Below are positions 52,627-64,000 of a stretch of 64,000 nt of DNA, piece after piece. Both the position numbers and the translations under genes were made by a program. The DNA comes from an uncultured delta proteobacterium (GTDB taxonomy: Bacteria; Desulfobacterota; Desulfomonilia; UBA1062): contig CAVVYZ010000020.1 of the NCBI GenBank assembly GCA_963752595.1, forward strand, positions 128,001-192,000, given 5' to 3'. Every line of letters begins with the position of its first letter. The first letter of the stretch is position 1. Below the pieces are notes generated by a model. That model searched no databases and was not told where the DNA came from. It was given only the letters and a program-made list of their open reading frames with translations.

Positions 52627-53349
52627 CTAGGTGCTTTTCTCTCCGCTGCGGTTTGCATACAGTTTTTTGATGCTCTCCTTCAGGTTCTCAGCCTCGGCAG
52701 GGGCTTTCACACCCTTATTGTTCAGGATGTCGTTTGCCGAGATGCCGGGCTTACCGTAGAAGGCGGCATTTGCGTCACGGTCGATCTGGAGGGCGGAACC
52801 TTCCAGGGAAATGCCTGCAAAAAAGCCTCTGCTCCTCGAATAGGAATAGATTTCGGCTTTGAGTTCGAGATCGGTCTGCGCTTCGGCATGGCGTCCCACA
52901 GGGCCGACTGCTATGGATGCATCGCTTCCGAGGGTGAATTTCCCCTTTGAAATGGCCTCGATGCTCCGTTTTTTCTTGAAGACAAGGACGATATCGGTCG
53001 ATTGGACTCCCAGCTGCCAGCCAAGGCTTCCTCCGGCAATGGAGATGAAAACCGGATTGCTCCATGAACCGCTGTCATCAAGAACGGAAAGCACCCCTTT
53101 GCCGTATCTGCCGCCGAGCATGAAGCCTGCCTTGATAACCTGCGGGATAACCGCAATGCCGTAGGCGTCCTTGAGTACGGCTTCAGGGATCTCATAATCA
53201 GGCGTTCCCATGATTTCAGAGAGTACCTGGGCAGCCTCCCGAGCCTTGGACGATTCGTTTCCGGCAGCAGAAAGAGAAGTTGTTCCAACGAAGCTGATGA
53301 AGAAACATACGCCGATTAAGATGTACAGGTAGGATTTCATGCATTTCAT
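52627..53349 (-). CDS. Secreted lipid-binding SYLF/Ysc84-domain protein
   Basis: GGSLGWQLG, AVGPVGR and YSYSRSRGFFAG motifs; signal peptide. Confidence 0.88.
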   Translation of the reverse strand: MKCMKSYLYILIGVCFFISFVGTTSLSAAGNESSKAREAAQVLSEIMGTPDYEIPEAVLKDAYGIAVIPQVIKAGFMLGGRYGKGVLSVLDDSGSWSNPVFISIAGGSLGWQLGVQSTDIVLVFKKKRSIEAISKGKFTLGSDASIAVGPVGRHAEAQTDLELKAEIYSYSRSRGFFAGISLEGSALQIDRDANAAFYGKPGISANDILNNKGVKAPAEAENLKESIKKLYANRSGEKST

Positions 53350-53455
53350 AATAGTCCTGCGGTATTCCCCCTGTCAACCAGGACGTTGCAGCATGCTTGA
53401 ATCTATCGGAGACACCTCTACAGCTCGTTTGATGAATGGGGCTCAATACGCGTGA

Positions 53456-53650
53456 TTATCGCTGTTCGTGGGACTTTTTCCCATAAACCCGCTCGTAGGC
53501 CTTGCAGTAGGGGCAGATGCCGTCCTCGATAGTCTTGACGAACCAGAAGGCAAAGCCCCTCTGCTTTGCCCTGGCACTCCTGCAGACCGGGCATTCGACG
53601 CATTTCTGTGCCATTACCTTATCTTTTTCGCTGACGGTTCCCTGACTCAT
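53456..53650 (-). CDS. Small cysteine-rich hypothetical protein
   Basis: GGAGG RBS upstream; CVECPVC...CPYC. Confidence 0.7.
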   Translation of the reverse strand: MSQGTVSEKDKVMAQKCVECPVCRSARAKQRGFAFWFVKTIEDGICPYCKAYERVYGKKSHEQR

Positions 53651-54825
53651 ACGTGCTCCTCCCTTGCTTTAACGGTAGTTCATGTATGGATAACAATATC
53701 ATATTTTGATGATTATAGTAATGATGCTCACGGTTTTAACAAATGTGCATGATATTCAAGCGAGATCCATTCGCGATACGATCAGAAGGCATCCGACTCC
53801 TCTGTATGCGAGTGGGTCGATACAGATCATTCGCAATGAGGTTACTTATATATCTATGAACTTCCATGTCCACACCCTTCAATGCAATATTACATGCCGA
53901 GGTATCTCCTTTGTGTAGTGCCCATGGTGCCCGATTTCTCACATTAACGGATTAAGGAGCAGGATATTCAGTGGTCAGTGCCGAAAAACCAGGAGGGAAA
54001 CATGAGAGAAGTAGTGATTACAAGTGCTGTGCGAACAGCGATCGGGAGCTTCAACGGAAGCCTCTCGGGTATCGATGCGAATAAGCTCGGCGCCATCGTC
54101 ATAGAGAGCGCGATAACCCGGTCAGGGATAAAGAAGGAAGACGTTGACGAGATCATCATGGGCATGGTCCTGCCCTGCGGCCGAGGCCAGAACCCCGCCA
54201 GGCAGGCATCCGTCCATGCAGGCATGCCCTGGGGAGTGCAGTGCCTCACCGTCAATAAGGTATGCGGTTCGGGCTTGAAGTCGGTCATGCTCGGTGCCCA
54301 GGCCATCCAGACAGGCGATGCGGATATCATCGTGGCAGGCGGAATGGAAAACATGAGCCAGGCACCGTACTACCTCGATAAAGCCCGCTTCGGTTACCGT
54401 CTTGGGCCCGGGACGCTCAACGATCATATGATGCACGACGGCCTGTGGGATATCGTCAATGATTTTCACATGGGCATATCCAATGAGCTGGTTATTGACA
54501 AGTACACGGTCAGCAGGGAAGACCAGGACCTCTATTCACTCCGGAGCCAGGACAGGGCGTTACAGTCCATCAGGGAAGGGCGTTTCAAGGAAGAGATCAT
54601 ACCTGTTGAAGTCCCCAAGAAAAAAGGCGAGGCCGCACTCTTCGAGGTTGATGAGCACCCACGTGAAACTACCTTCGAAGCCCTCTCGAAGTTGCCTCCT
54701 GTGTTTAAAAAGGGAGGGAAAACCACTGCAGGCAATGCATCGGGAATAGCCGATGGTGCCTCTGCCGTAGTTGTCAATGGGAAGATAAAAGTATACCAAT
54801 TCTGAGAATGAAAAGTATACCACCC

Positions 54826-55609
54826 TTACCCGATCGTGCCATGAGAATCGACCCCGTCCTTTGAGATTTTTCCCCTTAAGCGGAAGCTGTTGCCTCTGAT
54901 GTTGATTACGACGCTATGATGAAGCAAGCGATCAAGGATCGCCGTGACGACGACCCGGTCGTGAAAGAGCTCGGTCCAATCGGTGAATGCCTTGTTGGAT
55001 GTCAGGATAGTGCTGGCCTTCTCATAGCGGTTGGCAACGAACCGGAAAAAAAGATTGCATTCCTGCCGGTCGATGGGCGTGTAGCCGACTTCGTCAACGA
55101 CCACAAGCGCCGATTTGTAATAGCTTCTCCTCTGCCGGAGCGGCCTGTCTCGTGGTCTTTCCTGAGTTTCCCGATGAGGTCCTCCATGGTAGTGAAGTAC
55201 ACGCTTAATCCCGACTGGCAGGCTTTCACCGCTAAAGCTACGGCCAGATGAGTCTTGCCCACCCCAGGAGGACCCAGGAAGATCACGTTCCCCCTCTGGC
55301 GGATGAAGGTCAGGTCGAACAGCGACATGACTTTCTGCTTGTTAAGGCCAGGCTGGAAGGTGAAGTCGAACTTGTCGATGGACTTGATGGAGGGAAGCCC
55401 CGAGATCATCAGCGTGGTTTCCACCGGCGCTGCTCTTTCTGGGCCACTTCCTCTTCGAGCAGGTCATCGAGGAAGGAGAGATAGCTTTTCCCCTGTTCCT
55501 GGGCTGTATGAATAACGCCATCGAGAATTTCCCGAATCCGTGGGAGCCTCGACCGGGTGAGGTTGGCTTCGTTCTTCTCGAATACCAGGGTATCGCTGAT
55601 ATCGTACAC
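54826..55609 (-). CDS. istB: IS21 helper ATPase (frameshifted)
   Basis: GPPGVGKTHLA, VDEVGY and AILDRLLHH motifs. Confidence 0.9.
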
Positions 55610-55657
55610 CCCGCTGCATGGGCATAGGCGGACACAGGCCTGGTCTCAACATCCATA

Positions 55658-56869
55658 TCATACCGGGGTTTCATCGGTGAGATGGTCAGCTTTGCCCGAC
55701 CCTTTGCCGGTCTGCCATGATGGTATTTCCTGGCGTTCATTGCCGGATCTTGCGAAGGGCCTCATAGAAGCTCTTGTCCTGCACCAGGTGGCCCTCCCTG
55801 TAGGTATCTCGTAGGTGACGATGTGCCGGTTGTCGGCAAACACTCTCATGGTCTTATCCTTTACCCGAAGCACGATCTCTTTGCCCACAAGAGTATGGGG
55901 AACAACAAAGCTGTTGCCTTCAAAGCGTACCGTGCAGTCTTTGTGCACCTTCCGGTATACCCGGTACGAGGTGTTGAATGGACGCGTGGGCAAGGACTTC
56001 AAGTAAGGCTGCTCACGCTCGAACCGTACCCGCACCACTTCATGGGTTGTCCCATGCACCCTCTCATCCTTGATGGCAAGCCACTCTCGCAGATCCCGGT
56101 TTGCCGTCTCAAGGCAAGTGAATCCATATCCTCTCCAGAATCCTTCCCGGATGAAGGAATACGGCCTCTCTACCTTGCCCTTTACCCAGGCGGCATAGGC
56201 AGGAGCCACCCTGAGGTTGAACCCGTAATGTATGGCAAACCCCTCAAGCGTTGCATTGAACCTGGTCTTGCCCGCAAGCTTTCCGATGTAGACGTTCCTC
56301 ATCCGGTCATAGAGGATCTCTCCGGGAACTCCTCCAAAGAAGGCAAATGCCCGGATATGGCAATCCAGAAAGGTCGGCAGGTCACAGTGCTCGATGAACT
56401 CGGCATAGAGTTTGCGCGAGTATCCCAGAATCATGCAGAACAGATAGTACTTCTTAATTGAGCCATCATCATGCTCCACTTGAAACTCGCCGAAATCTAC
56501 CTGCGCCTGGAATCCGGGCTCGCTCTCGAACCGCATATAGGCTATGCGCTGCGATTCCTCCTTGAGCTTATGGACCTTCAGCTTCACCAGGTCATAGCTA
56601 CCTGTATATCCAAGCGGTTTAAGGTGATCATAAATCCAGGTAGCCTTGTATTCGGGATCTTCATCAAGCCAGACCTTGATGTTCCCCATATAAGGGTCAA
56701 GCTTGCTCTCCCTCACAACCACTCGCCGTTCACGCTCACAGATTTCGGGGTCTTCAAGGTACTTGTGCACTGTCTTCCGGGACATCCCAAGCCGCTTGGC
56801 AATCTGCCTTTCGGATAATCCCTGCCGTTTAAGCGCCACGATGTCCATCACATCTCCCATTCTCTTCAC
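55658..56869 (-). CDS. istA: IS21 transposase (C-terminal frameshift)
   Basis: N-terminal HTH; QVDFG, YDRM and KGKVER motifs. Confidence 0.93.
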   Translation of the reverse strand: MKRMGDVMDIVALKRQGLSERQIAKRLGMSRKTVHKYLEDPEICERERRVVVRESKLDPYMGNIKVWLDEDPEYKATWIYDHLKPLGYTGSYDLVKLKVHKLKEESQRIAYMRFESEPGFQAQVDFGEFQVEHDDGSIKKYYLFCMILGYSRKLYAEFIEHCDLPTFLDCHIRAFAFFGGVPGEILYDRMRNVYIGKLAGKTRFNATLEGFAIHYGFNLRVAPAYAAWVKGKVERPYSFIREGFWRGYGFTCLETANRDLREWLAIKDERVHGTTHEVVRVRFEREQPYLKSLPTRPFNTSYRVYRKVHKDCTVRFEGNSFVVPHTLVGKEIVLRVKDKTMRVFADNRHIVTYEIPTGRATWCRTRASMRPFARSGNERQEIPSWQTGKGSGKADHLTDETPV

Positions 56870-58048
56870 CCGAGCCCCGCACGGTTCCGTTTCTGCACTC
56901 CATCAAGTGCTCCTCGGAAACCATGTCGGGGCGGCTGACTACTTCCCGGGGGACACATTCCCCCCGCCCCTTTGAAAAACTCCTTTAATCTCCTTAAAAC
57001 GAAAAACCTAAAAACCCTCTGGGGGTATACTCTTTCCATTTTGGGTCCCTTTTATCATTCCAGAGTAGTTATCATGTCCCGTGACAAGGCAAAGCAACTG
57101 GGCTGCCCGGTGCTGGCAACCGTCGGATCGCAGGCAAGTGCGGGCATCGATATGAAGTTTATCCTCGTAGCACCCACGCTTGCTATCCCCAAGGTTCTGA
57201 AAAAGGAAGGATTAAGCATCCAGGATGTCGATCTTTTCGAGATCAACGAGGCGTTTGCAGGTTCAACGGTTGCAGTCATCAGGGAATTGGGCATCGATAT
57301 GGAAAAGGTCAATGTAAATGGCGGATCGATAGCCCTCGGGCATCCCATCGGAGTAAGCGGCGCACGCGTGCTCACGACTCTTCTGTACGAGATGACCAGG
57401 CGGGCCGGCAGGATCGGATTGGCTTCGCTCTGCTTGGGAGGCGGTGAGGCAGTTGCGCTCGTTGTCAGGAGGGACGTTTAGCTCCTCGGGGTATGCTGGA
57501 AGGTTCATTCATATAAAGTAACAGGTCCACGATGAAACAACCGGATATATAAATTATTGAGACGGGTTATAATGATTGAGCCTTATCCTCAAGGTAAGCC
57601 GATAAGGACAAGGCTGTGTCATGCAAAACATATCACCCGGGAGTGTCCGCCCATTATACTGGATGAGTCGACACAATTTACAACTTTACAACCTTACGAC
57701 TAATACATGATAACTCATGAAACCGGCTTCCACCTTCCAATGGACCAATATCGTCCTTGTATATCCCTTTGATTCGCGGAGCTGGGAAAAGGATCGGCCT
57801 CCATGTTCAATGAGTTAAGTAGTGTCGATAAGTTTTATAGTGTTGCAGAACTGGATACATTGAACCATATAACTACAGGTTAAACAAATGATATCGTAAA
57901 TATCGATTGTTAAGTGCTGTAGCGAACCGAGGAGTTGGTGTATTAGAGATCGCCCTTGGTGGGGATGCCGTCGAAATAATTTACGATCAAGGGGATGGAT
58001 AATCCTGGCAATCTGATAACATACAGATATATCTAGCTGATTAAGGAA

Positions 58049-58064
58049 TGGCATGCAGGTTGCT
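58049..58064 (+). promoter_or_regulatory. Sigma-54 (-24/-12) promoter
   Basis: TGGCATGCAGGTTGCT (GG-N10-GC) about 40 nt upstream of the PEP-CTERM gene. Confidence 0.75.
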
Positions 58065-58106
58065 TATATATATCTACTTTTCTATGTACAAAAGGAGATC
58101 GGAAAA

Positions 58107-58679
58107 ATGAAAAAGACTTTATTTTTATCAATTTTTCTGCTGTTATTTGCCGGTTCGGCATGGTCCCTCGCTATTACAACGACTTCAGGTACTTATGAGG
58201 CCGGGTCTGTAGACACGTTATATTCACCTGATGCGATGGCATACTTTACCTCATCTTGGGGGGGATACGCTGGATTCGACGCCGAAGTAGCATGGGCTAG
58301 AAGCATACTCGGTGCGGACATAACGATGGAAGAAGAAGATAAAAGTGAAGTAAACGCCAGTAACTGGGGTTACGGCACCGATCCTGTTACTGGGCATAGA
58401 GTATGGGGATTCAATTTTGAGGAAGATTTTGATTATTTTATTATTAAAACTGGAATACAATGCTTAGGTGGCAATAACCACTTTGTGTACACAAATCTTG
58501 ACAGTTTGTATTGGGGAGTTCTTGACCTTTCACAAATTGGTGTAGCTGTTGAAAACATCAGGAAGGTCAGTCACATTGACGGAATTGACGGAGGAGCACC
58601 GGTCCCCGAGCCCGCAACCCTTATGCTGCTGGGCAGCGGCCTCCTTGGGCTGGCAGGATTCAGAAAAAAGATAAAATAA
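58107..58679 (+). CDS. PEP-CTERM sorting-signal surface protein
   Basis: AGGAG RBS; signal peptide; C-terminal VPEPATLMLLGSGLLGLAGFRKKIK. Confidence 0.92.
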   Translation: MKKTLFLSIFLLLFAGSAWSLAITTTSGTYEAGSVDTLYSPDAMAYFTSSWGGYAGFDAEVAWARSILGADITMEEEDKSEVNASNWGYGTDPVTGHRVWGFNFEEDFDYFIIKTGIQCLGGNNHFVYTNLDSLYWGVLDLSQIGVAVENIRKVSHIDGIDGGAPVPEPATLMLLGSGLLGLAGFRKKIK

Positions 58680-58700
58680 GTCTCTCTTAATACAGGTTAT

Positions 58701-58742
58701 AAAAAGGCTCAGGAGAAGAATCTTCCGGGCCTTTCCTTTTTA
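58701..58742. terminator. Probable bidirectional terminator
   Basis: A-run, AGGCTC...GGGCCT stem and T-run between convergent genes. Confidence 0.55.
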
Positions 58743-58771
58743 TGTGCATCAGCCCATTCGATTAACCGTCA

Positions 58772-59911
58772 CTACAGCAATGCCAGTCCGTCTGCCACGG
58801 CCATGCCTGCGCGAGTAGGGCGGATGATGCATCCCTCGATCTCGATGAGGCCTGCTTTGACCCACTCCTGAAACTGCCGATCTTTTTCCTTCATGAGATT
58901 GTGCCCGTACCTTCGCTCATATTCTTTCAGGTCGATCCCTTTCCTCATCCGCAGGCCCAGGAAGAGGGTCTCCATGGCAAGCTCTTCATTGCCGAGTTCT
59001 TCCGAGTTGCTGACAGGCCGTTTCCCTTCCTTCAGATCATGGATATAATCATGAAGCGATTCATGGTTCCACCACCGCCTCTTATTTTCGAAAGAATGGG
59101 CTGACGGGCCGAGGCCGAGGTAGGGGGTATGGTCCCAGTATTTCTGATTGTGCCGGGAGGCCTTGTTCATGCGCAGGGCAAAGTTTGAAATTTCATAGTG
59201 AAGGTATCCCGACTTCTCCAGGATCTCGGAAGTTTTCATGAAGAAATTGCGGCTGTGATCTCTTCCGTGCGTGGGCCGGGCTTATTCTGACCGTATCGCA
59301 GGCCCAGCGGCGTGCGGGGTTTAAGCTCCAGTTCATAGCAGGATAGATGGTCGGGTGCGAAGGCAAGGGCTTTCGCGAGGGAAACCTTCCATTTTTCGAG
59401 TCTCTGGCCGGGCAGGCTGTAGATGAGGTCGAGGCCGATGTTGTCGAAACCCGCCAGGCGGGAGGATCCCAGGGTGTTCATTGCCTGCAGGCCGTTGTGC
59501 CTTCTGCCCAGGAAGGCCAGTTCGGAATCGTCGAATGACTGGACTCCGATGTTGATCCGGTTGATTCCCATATCGTGCAGATCGCGCAGATCGTTCTGGC
59601 CCAAGTCTGCCGGGTTGACCTCGATGGTGATCTCGGAGGCAGGCAGGATGGTGAAGGTTTTCCGGACCTTTTCCAGGAGGGCCTCGATCTGCTTACAGGT
59701 CAGCAGCGATGGCGTACCGCCGCCGAGATAGACTGGTGTCGAACCGGGTGAACTCTTCCCGGTAAGACTCGATTTCATTGAACAGTGCATCGAGGTATTC
59801 AGTGATGAGCACGGTATCCGTGGCGGAATAAAAGTCGCAGTATCCGCACTTGGTCTTGCAGAACGGGATGTGAATGTACAGCCCGGGAACCTGTTTCTCG
59901 TTCACGATCAT
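58772..59911 (-). CDS. hemW: HemN/HemW-like radical SAM protein (frameshifted)
   Basis: [23 protein letters not shown] and HYEISNF motifs. Confidence 0.88.
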
Positions 59912-61709
59912 GAATCCGTGTCGGATTTTAACACCGCCAGGAAGGCACTCTGTGGGATGCTGACCGAGCCGACCATCTTCATGCGCTTTTTGCCTTCTTT
60001 CTGCTTTTCCAGGAGCTTACGCTTCCGGGTGATGTCGCCGCCGTAGCACTTGGCCGTCACGTCCTTGCGGAATGCAGAGACAGTCGAGCGGGAGATGATC
60101 TCGCCGCCGATGGCCCCCTGGATGGCGATCTTGAACATCTGCCGCGGGATTTCGTCCCTGAGCCGGTCGCATGCCAGAACACCCCGGGCGCGGGCGCGGT
60201 CGCGATGCACGATCTGGGACAGGGCATCGACCTTCTCGCCGTTTACGAGGATATCCAGGAGCACGAGGTTGCTTACCCGGTAGTCGATGAGATCGTAATC
60301 GAACGAGCCGTATCCCTGCGTCACGGATTTGAAGCGGTCGTAGAAATCGAAGATGACCTCGGCGAGCGGCATTTCATAGGTCAGCTCCACCCGGCCGGGG
60401 CTCGGATAATGCATGTTGGAGTTCACGCCGCGCTTTTCAATGCACAGGGTCATGACAGCGCCCAAATACCTTTCCGGCATCATCAATGGAAGCCCGGATG
60501 TACGGCTCTTCCGATTTTTCAATGGCCATGGGGCCCGGATAGTGAGCGGGGTTGTCCACATAGATCACCTCCCCGTTCTTCAGGGTAAACCGGTAGCGGA
60601 CGCTCGGCACGGAAAGGATGATGTTGAGATCATATTCCCGCTCCAGGCGCTCCTGGACGATATCCAGGTGCAGCAGACCAAGGAAGCCGCACCTGAAGCC
60701 CTGACCCAGCGCAACCGAAGAATCCTTCTCGTAGATGAAGGCGGCATCGTTGAGCTTGTATTTTTCCACAGCGTCCGCGAGCTCTTCGTAGTCATCGGAG
60801 GCGATGGGATAGATCGATGCGAATACGACAGGCTTTGCTTCCTTGAAGCCGGGCAGAGGCTTGGCGCAGGGCCTGTTGTCCAGAGTGATGGTATCGCCGA
60901 TGCTCACGCTGGACACGGTCTTGATGCCTGCAATGATGTAGCCCACCTCGCCTGCGGAAAGCTCATCCCGCTTCTCGCGGGAAAGCCGGAAGTATCCCAC
61001 TTCTTCCACGCGGTAGACCGAGTTGTTGAACATGAACCGGATACTGTCGCCGGCCTTTACGGTGCCGTCGAAGACGCGGCAGTTGACCACCGTGCCGCGG
61101 TAAGCATCGTAATGGGCATCGAAGATGAGCGCTGCCAGGGGCTGCATCCGCATCGCCCTTTGGCGGCGGTATCCGCTCGACAACCGCCTCCAGGATCTCG
61201 TCGATGCCGATCCCTTCCTTGGCAGAGCACTTCAGATGAGTATCCGGGTCAAGACCGAGCTCGGAGTCGATCTGCTCGATGACCCGTTCGATATCTGCCG
61301 ATGGCAGGTCGATCTTGTTGATCACCGGGATGATCTCCAGATTGTGCTCCATGGCAAGGTAGAGGTTGGCCAGTGTCTGGGCCTGCACGCCCTGGGCGGC
61401 ATCGATGAGCAGCAGGACGCCTTCGCAGGAGGCCAGCGAACGGGACACCTCATACGAGAAATCCACGTGGCCCGGCGTGTCGATGAGGTTCAGGCAGTAG
61501 GTTTTCCCGTCTTTGGCCGTATAGGGCAGAGAGATGGCCTGGCTCTTGATCGTAATCCCCCGCTCACGCTCGATATCCATGTTGTCAAGCATCTGGTCCT
61601 TATAGGTACGGATGTCACAGACACCGGTCCGCATGATCAGGCGGTCGGCCAGTGTGGATTTTCCATGGTCGATATGGGCAATGATGCTGAAATTACGAAT
61701 GTCCTTCAT
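59908..61709 (-). CDS. lepA: Elongation factor 4 (frameshifted)
   Basis: [31 protein letters not shown] and [14 protein letters not shown] motifs. Confidence 0.95.
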
Positions 61710-61992
61710 ATACTTTCCTCATTCGGTGTCGTATTAGATGTGCGGCTGTTTGTCAATGCCCCGTTCCTTTTACCAGGGATGCCGGATACAAACCATTCTT
61801 TATTCGATGAATCTTCTGTTTCATCCGAATGAATCAACGGCTGCTTTCAGCGGCAAAGATGCCAACGCAAGCTAAGGAGCGCTCGGCCCGGAACCGGGCT
61901 CTTTCTTGAATCGGTATCCCTCGGTAAGTATAGACATTTACTGGAGATAAATCGAAAAACAGTGAATAATAACCTCCTCAGCAGGCTCCCCG

Positions 61993-63196
61993 TCAGGCCG
62001 GCAGAGTTGTCATTTCGCGGATTTTTATCATCAGCTCCTCGGGGAATGTGGTGTCGGCAGATTCGAGGATAACCCGGGGCACGCCCCCGAAGATCTCATA
62101 GGCACGGTTGAGAACAGAATCGTCCCAGACGGCATTGAGAGGGTCTTTGACCATTGTCTCGGATGCAAATGCCTGTCCCAGTCCCCCCAGCCAGCTCACT
62201 ACCATATGGTTGCCGACCCTGGGGACGATCCTGCTGGTGTCCATGTAATCATCTTTTTCCGATTCCGGCATGCTGCGCCTGTTTTCCAGGAGCCAGGCAA
62301 GCGACACCATGTCGTGGGCGACAACCGATTCCGAGGCGATCACCAGGCCGTTATCCGGCTGGAAGACGTATCCTTTGTCCGGACCGAAGGTAGCGAGTAC
62401 CTTGTCTGCCGCCGTGACCACCAGCCTCTGTTTTGTCCGAAGGGTTTCCACGGTGTTTCCTTCGGCTGTCTTCTGGTGGAAGGTGGAAGCATCCCGGTGA
62501 TATTCCAGGCGCGTGTCGTGGCGCCAGTAGCCCACGGCAGCCTTCAGGCCCAGCGTGCTTCCGGCCAGTACATGCCGGCCGCACCGGGGCATGAGCACGA
62601 TGTGCTGAACCTCTTTGAGGATATCCGGCATCATGAGGCCTTTCTTCCAGTGGGAGCCTGCAGCAGGGTGCTTCTTCATAAAAGGCGTTCCATCCGGCTT
62701 CCTCGAAGAAATGCAGTTCGCCGCCCGAGGCTGTCACGGCCCCAGCCATGCCCGAAGCCTCCATCAGCGTGCGTGAGCTTCCTGAAAGGCTTGTGGAAGA
62801 GAACCTCACATGCTCCACCCCGGACATATCCCCCACGATCACCCGCTTAGCCCCTTTTTCTTTGAGGAGCTCGACCATGGCTGCAACAGCAACAGGACTG
62901 GTGGTGGCAGGATAGGGATTGCCCGAGTTGGCGACCGGCTTGATGAAAACCGTATCGCCCCGGGACAGCCAGGAGAAGTCGGTGGCTGCTTCCGCACAGG
63001 CACGGACCGAGAGTTTCATTGCCTGATCAGACGCCCCTTTGACCGTCCCTGCAAGGAAGACTTTTGTATCGGGGCCCGGGACAAGCGGCTTGCGTTCTTC
63101 CGGCGCTTGAGAAGATGCATGAAGGTTTCTTTTAAACGGCCAGACTGCCATTGCAGAAGCTCCTACCGCCAGTTTCAGGAATTCTCTCCGTTCCAT
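61993..63196 (-). CDS. Tat-exported DUF362-like protein (frameshift near 62670)
   Basis: MERREFLK twin-arginine signal; VFIKP...PATTSP...VIVGD and TLGLK motifs. Confidence 0.75.
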
Positions 63197-63371
63197 GGGC
63201 TCCTCCCGCTTCCTTTTTACCTGGAGTTATGAAATATGACAAAGATATTTTAGCCTATATCCCGGGCTTTAGGGGATTATAAGAATGCCGCATGGCGAAC
63301 AAGGCAGGGGATAGGGTTAAATGATCGACTCACAAAGATAAAAGGCACTTTGAATCCGGGTTGGAACATCA

Positions 63372-64000
63372 TTATTCAAACCCCATGACCTCGTACATGC
63401 ATTCTCCCGAGATTCTCTCCTGCTTTCCCTCCTGCGTAATGGTTCCATCGTAATCCGCCATTATCCTGAAGTAGGTCGGCCGGGCTACAAAGGTGCGGGC
63501 GATCCACTGTGTGGGTCCGTTCAGGTCCGACACCGTGAGGAGGTCAACATCCTCGACAAGGGCTTTATGTCTGATATGGATATCCGCCTGGATTCCGCCT
63601 TCACTGAACTGGATATTCACCTGCCTTGGATAGTGGCGTTTCAGCACGGGATGGGTGACAAAATCCGTCTGGCGGATGGTCGGGCTTCCCGAGCCTACGA
63701 GGACGGTATCTCCCCTGGCTATGTACAGCGGCCTGGACCTGATGGTCGGATCGTAATAGTCTACATCCGCATAGATAATGGTGTACTCGCCTGCAAGGAT
63801 ACGGCCCCAGATCCATTTGCGGGTGATCTCGTTGAGCGGTTTCCTGCCCCAGTTGTGGTCGGCATAACCGATACCTGTTACCTGTGAGGTTACACCGTTG
63901 ACGGTCAGCGTCCCTTGGATCCGGTTCCGGGCCTGGTGCACTGTCCAGAAAAAGTCGAGATTGTCCTCGTTCACGCCGTCCCCGCCTTGCGGTTTCCAGC
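63372..64000 (-). CDS. Partial CrtC/tocopherol-cyclase/lipocalin-like beta-barrel protein (5' end outside the window)
   Basis: G-x-L-TVNG...GIGYADHNWG...WIWGR pattern. Confidence 0.6.
   Translation of the reverse strand, partial: WKPQGGDGVNEDNLDFFWTVHQARNRIQGTLTVNGVTSQVTGIGYADHNWGRKPLNEITRKWIWGRILAGEYTIIYADVDYYDPTIRSRPLYIARGDTVLVGSGSPTIRQTDFVTHPVLKRHYPRQVNIQFSEGGIQADIHIRHKALVEDVDLLTVSDLNGPTQWIARTFVARPTYFRIMADYDGTITQEGKQERISGECMYEVMGFE

Larger units (their letters stand above)
54772..57064 (-). mobile_element. IS21-family element
   Basis: istA-istB pair; GTAGT duplication at 54767-54771 and 57065-57069; TGTCAA terminus with repeated AAAAGTATACCA (54787-54798, 54811-54822). Confidence 0.92.
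54002..57481 (+). pseudogene. Acetyl-CoA acetyltransferase (thiolase) interrupted by an IS21 element
   Basis: N-part NKVCGSG...DGASAVV (to 54771) and C-part IMSRD...NEAF...GHPIG...CLGGG (from about 57070) rejoin in frame once the IS is removed. Confidence 0.9.

Noticed and set aside
56972-57070. N-terminus of ORF 56972..57481 as an independent gene
   Set aside because: The first about 31 codons are IS21 end sequence fused to the thiolase C-terminal half.
57815-58054. 79-aa minus-strand ORF in the PEP-CTERM upstream region
   Set aside because: No recognisable features, and it overlaps the putative enhancer and promoter.
61710-61990. Riboswitch or ncRNA in the lepA leader (also checked 5852-6197, 14094-14340 and 57482-57660)
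   Set aside because: Only short hairpins are visible, with no motif I can assign to a known family; an Rfam/Infernal scan would be needed.

Overview
Bacterial chromosome segment, most likely from an anaerobic deltaproteobacterial (Desulfobacterota-like) organism; this is inferred from gene content and order. Positions 1-5851 hold a complete integron: intI, an attI core, four attC sites and five AT-rich cassettes on the minus strand. The array continues off the left edge. Two adjacent cassettes encode HEPN-motif proteins, and the others encode a collagen-repeat lipoprotein and two small membrane proteins. A DDE insertion sequence with 16-bp IRs and a CACC duplication sits between attI and intI, inside their putative overlapping promoters. 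The rest is mostly core genome: a peptide ABC transporter, an EndoQ/PHP-UvrD fusion, a CNNM/CorC protein, uppS-cdsA-dxr-rseP-tsaB, five tRNAs, two tuf copies, the secE-nusG-rplKAJL-rpoBC, str, S10, spc and alpha clusters, an orphan ECF ATPase, a thiolase split by an IS21 element, two PEP-CTERM proteins (one with a sigma-54 promoter and three repeated upstream motifs), hemN and lepA. RpoC carries an in-frame insertion of about 78 aa at an unusual site. Many essential genes show clustered single-base frameshifts, almost certainly sequencing or assembly errors, so single-base details need caution.
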